A program made the translations under genes and the position numbers. Below, piece after piece: positions 8,060 through 16,134 of a stretch of DNA of 64,000 nt. Source of the DNA: a virus (Duplodnaviria; Caudoviricetes); the IMG/VR virus record IMGVR_UViG_3300033072_001141, positions 1 to 64,000 of that record; one strand, 5' to 3'. Below the pieces are notes generated by a model that did no database searches, had not been told where the DNA came from, and saw only the letters and a program-made list of their open reading frames with translations. Every line of letters starts with the position of its first letter. Position 1 is the first letter of the stretch.

Positions 8060-8572
8060 TTACGTTCTCCTCGTCCGCCTCAGGTGTTGGAGGCCGTCGA
8101 GCGGCATCGTGACCGCCTCCACAGCGCCATACCCCTCCCTCATCCTGGCGTACACGGTGGTCAGGTCGATGCCGCGGCTCTCCGCGTGCTCCCTCAGCGT
8201 GGCTCGCACGCCATCGATCTCGAACTCGGCAGGCTCCTTCCGTGCCCTCTGCCTGCACCTGGGAGAGCAGTAGAGCCTGCCGGCCAGGCACGGCTGACCG
8301 CAGTCCTCGAACGCGCACGTAGAAAAGCCCCTCCCGATGGGACGGGAGAGGCCGACGGCTACGATGTCGAGGTCGTTGTCCTCGCTCGGACCGATGATCT
8401 CAGGCGCGCGGCGCGCACTGCGGTGCGCCCGCCTGTGATCGACGCAGTAGACGTTGCCCGGATGGGCCAGTTCACCGCATCCCATCACCGCGCACGGATG
8501 AGGGAACCCGCCTAGCCCTCGCCACTTCCTGGCTTGGGGCTGGGACGGCTCTGTAGCGACTCGTTCCACCAT
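8060..8572 (-). CDS. Zinc-finger plus HTH DNA-binding protein
   Basis: CAVMGC..C..H, CAFEDC..CSPRC; C-terminus resembles the endonuclease HTH tails in this window. Confidence 0.6.
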   Translation of the reverse strand: MVERVATEPSQPQARKWRGLGGFPHPCAVMGCGELAHPGNVYCVDHRRAHRSARRAPEIIGPSEDNDLDIVAVGLSRPIGRGFSTCAFEDCGQPCLAGRLYCSPRCRQRARKEPAEFEIDGVRATLREHAESRGIDLTTVYARMREGYGAVEAVTMPLDGLQHLRRTRRT

Positions 8573-8817
8573 GTCCTCTTGGGATCCTCGATGCGCCTGT
8601 CGATCTCCCGATCCAGCTCCGACCGGTCCTTCATGACGAGGTAGATCGTCTTCTGGAGCGGCGTCGCATGGGCGACCACGGGCGCGTAGTTGCACGCCAC
8701 CTCACGAAGGATGGCACACCCTTCGAGGAGGATCTCGTTCTCGACGCGGAGCCTGGCGTTCTCAGCCTCCAGCGCCTCGATGTACTTCTTCTGCGGGTTG
8801 TCCCTGGGCCCCGTCAC
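8512..8817 (-). CDS. Hypothetical coiled-coil protein
   Basis: AGGAGG before GTG at 8817. Confidence 0.6.
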   Translation of the reverse strand: MTGPRDNPQKKYIEALEAENARLRVENEILLEGCAILREVACNYAPVVAHATPLQKTIYLVMKDRSELDREIDRRIEDPKRTWWNESLQSRPSPKPGSGEG

Positions 8818-8884
8818 TCGAACCTCCTGAAAGCACACGTGCCCCAGACCCTTCCACTGAGTCGGGAGCAACGATCTGAGGCGC

Positions 8885-9250
8885 CTACTCGGAACTGTCC
8901 AGCCGTCGCCGCGTCTCCTCGAACAGCGAATCGAAGCTCGGCTGGGCCGGAGGTCTCACCTTCGCCTTCCAGTAGCTCTCGATCGCCACGACCGTTCGCG
9001 ACGGAACCGCCACCAGCGCTTCCTCGACGAGCGCCACGAACAGTTCAGGGGTCTCGGGCCGAACGCTCGCTCGGCTCATCCCGACGACCGCGACGTAGGT
9101 GTCGATCGGCAGCTTGCCGCTGTCGTACGCCTCGGTGACGAGCCTCACGCGCTCGGCATGGCTGGCGGTGGCCGCGAGCATCCTCAGGAGCTTCGCGCCG
9201 CTCGGCGCCTGCTCCTGCAAGGATGCCCGCAGCTCATCCGCGATGCTCAC
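8885..9250 (-). CDS. Hypothetical protein with shared leader (MSIADELRASLQE)
   Basis: GTGA coupling. Confidence 0.65.
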   Translation of the reverse strand: MSIADELRASLQEQAPSGAKLLRMLAATASHAERVRLVTEAYDSGKLPIDTYVAVVGMSRASVRPETPELFVALVEEALVAVPSRTVVAIESYWKAKVRPPAQPSFDSLFEETRRRLDSSE

Positions 9251-10632
9251 TTCTTGCCGCCCTTGCGCATGACGACGAACTTGCTCTTGTCGTAGTTGCC
9301 CTTCTCGTCCTTCGGCCAGACGAGGGTCGCGTTGCCGGTCCACGCGCCACCGACCCCCATGAGGGACGGGAGGTACTTCTTCACGGCCTTGCCCGCCGGA
9401 CCGCCCATCGTCTTCGCGAAGTCGGCCAGGTCCACGACGTGCCTGTCCGGCGCGTCCTGGATCATCATGTTGATGAGGTCCTTGACCGCCGCGATCTCCT
9501 GCTGGGACTCGCTGGAGAACTGCTTGTACTTCTCCGGGTCCCACCACGGCTTCTTGCCCTCGGAGAGGAGCGCCTCCAGCTCTCCCGACAGGCCCTCGCC
9601 GCGCATCTGGGCGTCGACGTGGGCCTTCTTGCCCGAACGCTGGGCCTTGTTGAACTTCTTCTTGTCGTCCTTCTTGCCGGTCGGGCCTTGCGACCAGAAC
9701 TCGCCGGCAGCCGCCGTCTCGCCCCTGCCGTAGCCGGTGCCCTTCGACCGCGCACCCTCGGTCGCGCCCTCGGCCATGCCCCCCTTGCGCTTCTTCTTGC
9801 CGCCGCACCCGCACGCCTCGCAGGTGTCGCCGTCCTCGTCCTCGTCGTCTTCCTCGTCGTCGTCTTCCTCGTCGTCGTCTTCCTCGTCCTCGTCGTCCTC
9901 TTCTTCTTCGCGCAGCTCGCCGACCTTCACCGCGTGATCGGCCGCCTTGCCGGCGAACTGCTCCAGCTCGCGGAGCTTGCGCACGATGGGGGTCAGGAGG
10001 GTCCCCGCCTCGGTGTTGCCGGCGCCGACGCGCCGCAACCCGTCCATCTGCTTCTGCGCGTCCTTGAACGCCTTGAGGATGTCGTCCAGGCGCGACTGGA
10101 ACATCTTGTTCAGGGCGCCCTCCGCACCCTGCTTGATGAGCGTGGCCGCCTCGTCCGCCGGATCCGCGGCGCGCTCGAAGAAGCGGTCCTCGCCGATGGA
10201 GAACGTGGACTTCCCGTGGCGCGCGACGCCGCGCTTGACGGCGTTCACGGTGTCGATGACCCACTTGGTGGGATCGTTCGCTGGCACGAACGCAGACGAC
10301 ACGAGCGCCTTCCCCACGGTCACGGCGACGTTGAACCGCCCGGCCTGCTCCTCCGTGTCGATGACGACGGCGAAGTCGTTGCCTCCCATGCCGCCGGAGA
10401 CCGAGATCACGCCGCCCTTCGCGGTCACCTTGACGCCGGACACCCCGTCTTCCTTCGCGAGCGCCGTCTTGAGGGAGGTCGCGAAGGTCTTGCCGGCGTC
10501 CGGCTCGCCGTACGCGCCCTCGGGGTCGCCGTAGTGGATGGAGGACCCAGCGCCGAAGCCGGACCGACGCCTCCCCTCGTCGAGAGGACCGTCGGTGATG
10601 GTTCGCAGTTCTTCGAGAAGGTTCATGGTCAT
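9247..10632 (-). CDS. Putative internal head/scaffold-like polyprotein with acidic tract
   Basis: Leader MNLLEEL...PLDE; D/E tract; Lys-rich segments; several x-x-E linkers. Confidence 0.7.
   Translation of the reverse strand: MTMNLLEELRTITDGPLDEGRRRSGFGAGSSIHYGDPEGAYGEPDAGKTFATSLKTALAKEDGVSGVKVTAKGGVISVSGGMGGNDFAVVIDTEEQAGRFNVAVTVGKALVSSAFVPANDPTKWVIDTVNAVKRGVARHGKSTFSIGEDRFFERAADPADEAATLIKQGAEGALNKMFQSRLDDILKAFKDAQKQMDGLRRVGAGNTEAGTLLTPIVRKLRELEQFAGKAADHAVKVGELREEEEDDEDEEDDDEEDDDEEDDEDEDGDTCEACGCGGKKKRKGGMAEGATEGARSKGTGYGRGETAAAGEFWSQGPTGKKDDKKKFNKAQRSGKKAHVDAQMRGEGLSGELEALLSEGKKPWWDPEKYKQFSSESQQEIAAVKDLINMMIQDAPDRHVVDLADFAKTMGGPAGKAVKKYLPSLMGVGGAWTGNATLVWPKDEKGNYDKSKFVVMRKGGKK
9832..9909. 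repeat. Low-complexity repeat encoding a poly-Asp/Glu tract
   Basis: TCCTCGTCGTCGTCT tandem at 9851-9880. Confidence 0.9.
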
Positions 10633-11123
10633 GGCCTCAGCTCCGCGATGATAGCGCCCACGGCGACGGAAAGGACGATCCCGATGCCCAGACCGAGGAA
10701 GAGCGAGAACTCGTCCCCGTTCTCCTCCCACCACGTCCTCTGGGCTCGGGTGCGCCAGGTGGTGATCTCCTCGTCGGCGAGCTGGAGGTAGCGCTCGTAG
10801 ACGGCGCGCTCACGCGCCCATGTCCGCAGATCGATCTGGTACAGGCCGCGCAGCTCGTCGTACGCGATGCGCAGGCGCGCGGCGCGCGCGGCTCTGGCGT
10901 CCGAGAGAAGGATGCCGCTGCGTCGATCGCCAGGAGCCACCTCCGCGTCCTCGACCGGCGCGACCCAGTCGTCCTCGGGGGCGATCTCTTCTCGGGTCGG
11001 ATCCTCGGGAAGCTCCGCGAACGCGACTGGCTCTGGCATCATGCGGGAGGTCGCCTCCGGCAGCGCTGCCGCGCCGCATCCGGAGACGTACGCCACAAGA
11101 ACCAGGACCGACACGAAGCGCAT
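10629..11123 (-). CDS. Putative unimolecular spanin (lipoprotein with C-terminal TM helix)
   Basis: Signal MRFVSVLVLVAYVSG-C; C-terminal FSLFLGLGIGIVLSVAVGAII. Confidence 0.65.
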   Translation of the reverse strand: MRFVSVLVLVAYVSGCGAAALPEATSRMMPEPVAFAELPEDPTREEIAPEDDWVAPVEDAEVAPGDRRSGILLSDARAARAARLRIAYDELRGLYQIDLRTWARERAVYERYLQLADEEITTWRTRAQRTWWEENGDEFSLFLGLGIGIVLSVAVGAIIAELRP

Positions 11124-11194
11124 GGATCCTCCGACAGAGAAACGCCCGCCCGCGGTGTACCACGAGCGGGCGCTCCGAACTCGCGCTCGAACGA

Positions 11195-11443
11195 TCAGGC
11201 GTTGCGCGCCCGGTCGTACGTGTCGCGGGTCGCCGCGTCGTCGGCGTAGGCGACGGCGATCTGGCCCTTCTTGATCATGTTGTTGAGGGGCTTCCACGCC
11301 GGGTTGCCCTTCTCCTCGCCGTTGTTCAGGTCGGCGAGGTTCACACCGAGCGCGAACGAGCCCGAGGGCGCGAGCGTCCGGTTGAAGGGGAACGGGACAT
11401 CGACCGAGGCGGTGGCGGAGAGGTTCGTGACGGTGGCAATCAC
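11195..11443 (-). CDS. Small putative virion protein, paralogue of the 54420-54839 N-terminus
   Basis: MIATVTNL vs MDATVTNL. Confidence 0.65.
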   Translation of the reverse strand: MIATVTNLSATASVDVPFPFNRTLAPSGSFALGVNLADLNNGEEKGNPAWKPLNNMIKKGQIAVAYADDAATRDTYDRARNA

Positions 11444-11871
11444 TGTTCATGCTCCTTCGTCTCTACCGTGCGCTGGTGGGGACAGTACCCGTAGCGACCC
11501 AGAGACATATTGCAGTTGTGACAGAGTACCCGGTACCCATCCGGGAAGCCATTTTTCTTGAGCCACCTGGGCATCGGCATCCTGATCTGCTTTCGATGCT
11601 GTGCGCCGCCGCCTTCGATGTGGTCGATCGCCAGGAACTCGTACCTGCTTTCTCCGCAACAGGCGCAAGATCCACCGTAGTGACGGAGCACCTCTTCGCG
11701 CAGCCTGCGCTGCCACCTGGCTACGTTCGCTCGCGTCTGCGGGCGCCTCTCTTCCCTGTACCTGCGATCACAATCTTTGCAGTGACTTAGCCGGCCGTCC
11801 GCGAACTTGTTGTTGACGTGAAAGTCCGTCTCCGGCCTGGTGGCACCACACTTCACGCACTTCTTCTCCAC
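11440..11871 (-). mobile_element. Free-standing HNH endonuclease with N-terminal zinc finger
   Basis: CVKC..CKDC; YGGSCACCGE...LAIDHI...LCHNCN. Confidence 0.88.
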
Positions 11872-11911
11872 CCGGAGAAGGGTGCCATGATCGTTATCCA
11901 GCGATCATGGC
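11863..11911. promoter_or_regulatory. Two hairpins: 7-bp stem containing the HNH GTG, and a 10-bp stem just upstream
   Basis: CTTCTCC/GGAGAAG (11863-11880); GCCATGATCG/CGATCATGGC (11884-11911). Confidence 0.7.
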
Positions 11912-11916
11912 GGCAA

Positions 11917-12360
11917 TCAGCTCCCCTCGCCGCTCGAAGCCTCCGAACCAGGGTCGGACGGCGGTTCCGATGGCGTGGAGCTGGATCCACCGCCCGCATC
12001 ACCGCCCGGAGCACCCCTGGACTGGATGGCCCTGAGGATGGTCGAGACCATCGTGTCGTACCCGATCTTGCAGACGATGCCGGCCAAGCCGTACGTGCCG
12101 ACGCGCGCCGCCAGCTCGTAGCCCTCCTTCTCCAGGCCATCGGCCGGGGGGAGCCACGGGATGAGCCCGATCAGGGCGCCGGCCACCACCGGGTGCGCAG
12201 GCAGCGTGACGTAGTAGATGCGCCTCCACCCGGTCGCCGCCTTCTGGCGCTCCTTGTTCGCGCCGAGCACCAAGCGCTTGGTCACCTCGCCGAGCGCCCC
12301 GATGATCAGGGCGGCGATGATGATCGGTGGAGACAGGAGCAGGTCGGTCCAATACCGCAT
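11917..12360 (-). CDS. Putative holin
   Basis: 2-3 hydrophobic helices, hydrophilic tail; GAGGGG RBS; TGgTACCAT extended -10 at 12393-12401. Confidence 0.6.
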   Translation of the reverse strand: MRYWTDLLLSPPIIIAALIIGALGEVTKRLVLGANKERQKAATGWRRIYYVTLPAHPVVAGALIGLIPWLPPADGLEKEGYELAARVGTYGLAGIVCKIGYDTMVSTILRAIQSRGAPGGDAGGGSSSTPSEPPSDPGSEASSGEGS

Positions 12361-12370
12361 GAGGCACCCC

Positions 12371-12592
12371 TCAGTTGTCGGATGACGACTGGATGGTACC
12401 ATGGCTCACGCACGGAGGGACCTTCACCTTGCACTCCCCGACCGGCTCTCCGTCCGGTCCTGGAACGCATCGGCACGAAGGGTCGAGCGACATGCACTCC
12501 TCGTGAGGGTCGTCGATCCCGCAGGTGGTGCAGAAGTTCCCCGGCCAGGAGAGCTTCCATGTGTGCCGGGGCGGTGCCGCCCCGTCGCTCAC
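12371..12592 (-). CDS. Small Cys-rich protein
   Basis: CTTC, C..C..C; GTGA coupling. Confidence 0.55.
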   Translation of the reverse strand: MSDGAAPPRHTWKLSWPGNFCTTCGIDDPHEECMSLDPSCRCVPGPDGEPVGECKVKVPPCVSHGTIQSSSDN

Positions 12593-12810
12593 CGGTCGCC
12601 CGGACCGTAGATGAACATCCGGTCGCCGTTGTGGTCCTTCGACGACTCCCGCTTCTTCATCTCGGCCTGCGCCTCCTCCTTCGAGAGGAAGTTGCCGATC
12701 AGGTAGAGCTGCTCGCCCGGGGCCTCGAAGTCGTCGAGACCGACGAGGTTGTAGCCCGACTCGGGCACGTGCTTGGCCTTGTCCGCGGCCATCTTGTCCA
12801 TGAGACCCAT
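12589..12810 (-). CDS. Small hypothetical protein; candidate partner of the RelA/SpoT-like enzyme
   Basis: AAGGAG RBS; has its own promoter. Confidence 0.65.
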   Translation of the reverse strand: MGLMDKMAADKAKHVPESGYNLVGLDDFEAPGEQLYLIGNFLSKEEAQAEMKKRESSKDHNGDRMFIYGPGDR

Positions 12811-12833
12811 GGTCACTTCTCCTTCACATCCTC

Positions 12834-12867
12834 AAGTTAGCAGGTGGTAACCGTTGGTCAACGGTTA
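12834..12867 (-). promoter_or_regulatory. Promoter TTGACC-16-TAACTT overlapped by perfect inverted repeat TAACCGTT-ggtc-AACGGTTA
   Basis: -10 at 12834-12839, -35 at 12856-12861, palindrome at 12848-12867. Confidence 0.7.
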
Positions 12868-13710
12868 TGCTGCCATGGGGATGCAGCCGATGGCGCTCTT
12901 GACAGCTTCCGGACACGGTGGCGGCATGTTTCCGCTCTTCCCGGAATCCTTCTGGAAGAAGAAGTCGGCCATCTGCTTGGCGTACTGCGAGATGGTGTCC
13001 TTGTTCTTCTCCACGAGCTTGGCCTGGAGCGGAGTCGTCGGCTTGTAGGCGTCGTGGAACCAGTCGGCCCACACGTCCTGGTTGGCCGTCCTGACCTGGA
13101 TCTCCTTCGGGAGACCGTCGTCGTCCACGATGACCAGGTGGTGGGACCGGTACCCCTCCTCCTTGGGGTTGTTGATGTAGTCCTCCTCGTCCTCGGAGAG
13201 GGTCTTGTACTTGGCCTTGATGGCCGCGACCGTCCGCTTCACCTCGGCGACCGTCTTGTGGACGATGCGCGCGCCGGTGCCGTCCTTGAGCTGGTCCGCG
13301 CGCTTGTACTTCGGCTTCCGGACCATCTTCCCGAGCATCGACTCCAGGTTCTTGGTCCTGGCCTTGACCTTGGCTCCGGGTCCGGCGATGTCGGTCAGAG
13401 ACCCCAGCAGCTTCTTGGCGCCAGCCTCGTGCTGAGACCGGAACGCCTTCGCGAGCTTGACGTGCTCGCCGAAGGACATGCTCTGATCGAAGCTGCCTCC
13501 CTTGAGCGCCTTCTGGAAGTCGCCGACGGTCCCGGCCACCTTCTCCAGGTTGCGCTGGTGCTTGGAAGCAGCCTCAGCGTCGCCCTTCACGCGCTCCCAC
13601 TCGCCCTTGGCGGTCTTGATGAAGTCGCCCGCCTTCCGCTTCCTGACGGTCCCGGTGGGGTACGCGGCGCGCTCGTTGAGCGCCTGGTCGAGGTCCTCGC
13701 TGAGCTTCAT
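12865..13710 (-). CDS. RelA/SpoT-type nucleotidyltransferase (small alarmone synthetase-like)
   Basis: RTKNLESMLGK, DGTGARI, DYINNPKEEGYRSHH, EIQVRT, WADWFH; ATGA coupling. Confidence 0.9.
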   Translation of the reverse strand: MKLSEDLDQALNERAAYPTGTVRKRKAGDFIKTAKGEWERVKGDAEAASKHQRNLEKVAGTVGDFQKALKGGSFDQSMSFGEHVKLAKAFRSQHEAGAKKLLGSLTDIAGPGAKVKARTKNLESMLGKMVRKPKYKRADQLKDGTGARIVHKTVAEVKRTVAAIKAKYKTLSEDEEDYINNPKEEGYRSHHLVIVDDDGLPKEIQVRTANQDVWADWFHDAYKPTTPLQAKLVEKNKDTISQYAKQMADFFFQKDSGKSGNMPPPCPEAVKSAIGCIPMAA

Positions 13711-14453
13711 GGTCTCTCCGGCCACTTCGACGCCAGTGGCATCATGCTCACCTTGAGCCTGGCCGCGTCGTCGTCCTGCATCTTGTCACCGCTCACGGCG
13801 GCGGAGAAGGCTTCCGCGAACCGATCGACCTGGTCGGCCCAGACCTCGCGCTCCTTCGCCTTGAACATGGACGCCCACACCGCGCGACCCAGTTCTGTCG
13901 CCAGCGCTGCCACGGATCCAGATGGCCCTGGGGCCAGCGCGATCGTGTCCCAGTCGCGGTCGTAGACCGCCCACTTCCCGGTGCCGCTCCACGTCGGGTC
14001 GAGCACCATCGTCAGCTCGGACACATCGAGCCCCCACTCCGAGAGCTTCCGAACGGCGACTCGAACCGTCTCCACGGTCCTGGCCGCCTCGGCTTCCGTG
14101 TACCCCCATGGGTTGCCCACGGCGAAGTCGCCGACGACCTTGATGAGCGGGTCCGCCACCCCGATGCCATCCCGAACCTTCGCGAGGGCTCGCTCAAGCT
14201 CGTCGCGTAGAGCCTCCAGAGCCTCGGCGGCAGTCCGATCGTGCCTCGACACGCGCACGTCGTGGATGCGCTGGCGAAGCCCGGTGACCATCCGGCGCAC
14301 CTCTGGGCGATCGCCGTGGAGACGGCCAGAAATCGTCTGCGCGAGGTCCGCCAACTCCAGCAGCTTCGCGCGCCGGGTGCCAACGACGGAGACCGCGACC
14401 GACACCTGGCCGATCTCCTTGGCAGCCCGCTGAATCTGCGTCGCGAGGTCCAT
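13707..14453 (-). CDS. Protein with degenerate zincin-like C-terminal domain
   Basis: AVYD..DTIAL...TELGR...FAEAF; HExxH is replaced by TELGR. Confidence 0.55.
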   Translation of the reverse strand: MDLATQIQRAAKEIGQVSVAVSVVGTRRAKLLELADLAQTISGRLHGDRPEVRRMVTGLRQRIHDVRVSRHDRTAAEALEALRDELERALAKVRDGIGVADPLIKVVGDFAVGNPWGYTEAEAARTVETVRVAVRKLSEWGLDVSELTMVLDPTWSGTGKWAVYDRDWDTIALAPGPSGSVAALATELGRAVWASMFKAKEREVWADQVDRFAEAFSAAVSGDKMQDDDAARLKVSMMPLASKWPERP

Positions 14454-14462
14454 GGAGAACGG

Positions 14463-15062
14463 TCAGAGGTTCCGGCCGAGCGCCACTTCGGCCGGCTTAC
14501 CAGAGGCAAGGCGCCAAGAGATGGTGTGGCGCTTGATCCCCGTCTCCCGCGACCATTCGGCCAACGTCATCTCCTTACCGAACGCGGCGATACGGCGGTT
14601 CGTTGACTGGTTGTTGCATTGCTCCCGCTGAGTGGCCCACCGACAGTTCTCCGGAGAGTAAGGGCCGTCGTTGTTGCGTCTGTCGAGGGAAGTTCCGTTG
14701 GGTCGCGGTCCCATGTCGTTCAAGAAGTTCTGGAACCCCATCGGACCGCACCATCGCTCGTCCACGAAGATCCCGCGCCCACTGTAGCGGGACGCCTTGG
14801 CCCTGTTCGCGTCAGAGCACCGCTGGTGCATCGCCGTCCAGGACTGGTACTCCGGCGTCAGCGCTGCGCTGACGCCATGGGTGGTTGCCGAACAGGTCCG
14901 GCACGCAATAGTCGATCGAAAGTGCGTCAGGTAGCAGACGGATTCGCGGCCACAGTCGCACCTAACATGGACCCTGGTGCATCCGCGGATCGGAGCCGCC
15001 TCGGCAACCACGACCCTGGTTCCGTAACGCTCTCCAATGACGACATTGGCCTTGGCCGGCAT
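14463..15062 (-). mobile_element. Free-standing HNH-type endonuclease (RCDCG / SLDRxxNDGxY family)
   Basis: RCDCG, EYQSWTAMHQRC, SLDRRNNDGPYSPENCRWAT. Confidence 0.9.
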
Positions 15063-15064
15063 GG

Positions 15065-15391
15065 CTACAAACTCCGCTGGAGCCACCCGGCGAGCTGGCG
15101 CCGAGCCTCCTTGGGGTCGGTCTTGCCGACTTCCTCGATGCGCTCGATCTCGGAGCGCTGCGCCTCGGCCGTCGCCGTGACCTTGGCCTTCTCGACCTCA
15201 CCTTCGAGGTGGACGCGCTCGACCTCTTGCTTCGCCCGATCGGCGAGCGTGGGAGGAAGCGGATCCGTCCCGCCACCTCCAGTGCCCTTGCCCGGCCTGG
15301 TGGTGAACCTCCAGACGACGAAGAACACCGTGGCAGCCACGGCCACGAAGGCCCACCACCACTGCCGGATGAAGCGCCAGGCTGCCGTCAC
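15065..15391 (-). CDS. Putative inner-membrane spanin-like protein
   Basis: N-terminal TM (WWWAFVAVAATVFFVVW) followed by coiled coil. Confidence 0.55.
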   Translation of the reverse strand: MTAAWRFIRQWWWAFVAVAATVFFVVWRFTTRPGKGTGGGGTDPLPPTLADRAKQEVERVHLEGEVEKAKVTATAEAQRSEIERIEEVGKTDPKEARRQLAGWLQRSL

Positions 15392-15951
15392 CGCGCCCTC
15401 GCGCTGATCTCGTTGAAGGTGGGGCGCATCACGATCTTGTAGCCGGCGCCGGTCTTGCCGGTGACCGGCTGGACGGTCACCGACGCCCTGGCCGCCTCCT
15501 GAGAGGCGCGCGCGAGGCGCTGGGCGCGGTCCATCTCGTCGGCCTCGACCGCGTAGCTCTCCTCCTCGGAGAAATGCGCCTCCATGAAGCGGGCGATCTC
15601 CGGAGCGATGCGCTTGGGGTCGATCTCGTAGATCGCGAGCAGGTTCTCCGGGTCGCGGATGAACGCCACGTCCTCCTTCATGAGGATGTAGCCGACCTTG
15701 GCCGCGATGGTCTGGATGAACCATCGACCCTCGGTCCGCTCCCTGGCCACGGACGGATCGATCAGCCCGAGGTCGAGGTACCCCTTGGCGATCGCCGCTT
15801 CGTACCTCGGGCCGATCAGGCCCGTGTACTTCGGCTCCTTCCCACGGCGGCGCACGTAGACATCGTCGCCGGCCTTGACGCCGTACGCTTCGTGGAGGTC
15901 CCACGGGACACTCCCGTCGGCGACGGCTTCTTCGAGCTGGCGAGCGAGCAT
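15388..15951 (-). CDS. Hypothetical protein with leader-like start (MLARQLEEAV)
   Basis: ORF track; codon bias. Confidence 0.65.
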   Translation of the reverse strand: MLARQLEEAVADGSVPWDLHEAYGVKAGDDVYVRRRGKEPKYTGLIGPRYEAAIAKGYLDLGLIDPSVARERTEGRWFIQTIAAKVGYILMKEDVAFIRDPENLLAIYEIDPKRIAPEIARFMEAHFSEEESYAVEADEMDRAQRLARASQEAARASVTVQPVTGKTGAGYKIVMRPTFNEISARAR

Positions 15952-15954
15952 CGG

Positions 15955-16134
15955 TCAGCCCTCCGTGAGAGAGCGCGGCCCGCGCGGAGCGCGCTGCGGC
16001 GCGTCGTCGGTCAGGAGACGCTGGCCCGACTGGTTCTTGATGTCGGCGTGTCCGCACTCCTGGCAGGTCACCCGCGTGGTGTTGGGGCCCGCCGACTCGA
16101 CGAGCACTCGGCCTCCGCACTGGCTGCACTTCAT
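15955..16134 (-). CDS. Zinc-ribbon protein
   Basis: MKCSQCGG...CQECG; ATGA coupling. Confidence 0.65.
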   Translation of the reverse strand: MKCSQCGGRVLVESAGPNTTRVTCQECGHADIKNQSGQRLLTDDAPQRAPRGPRSLTEG

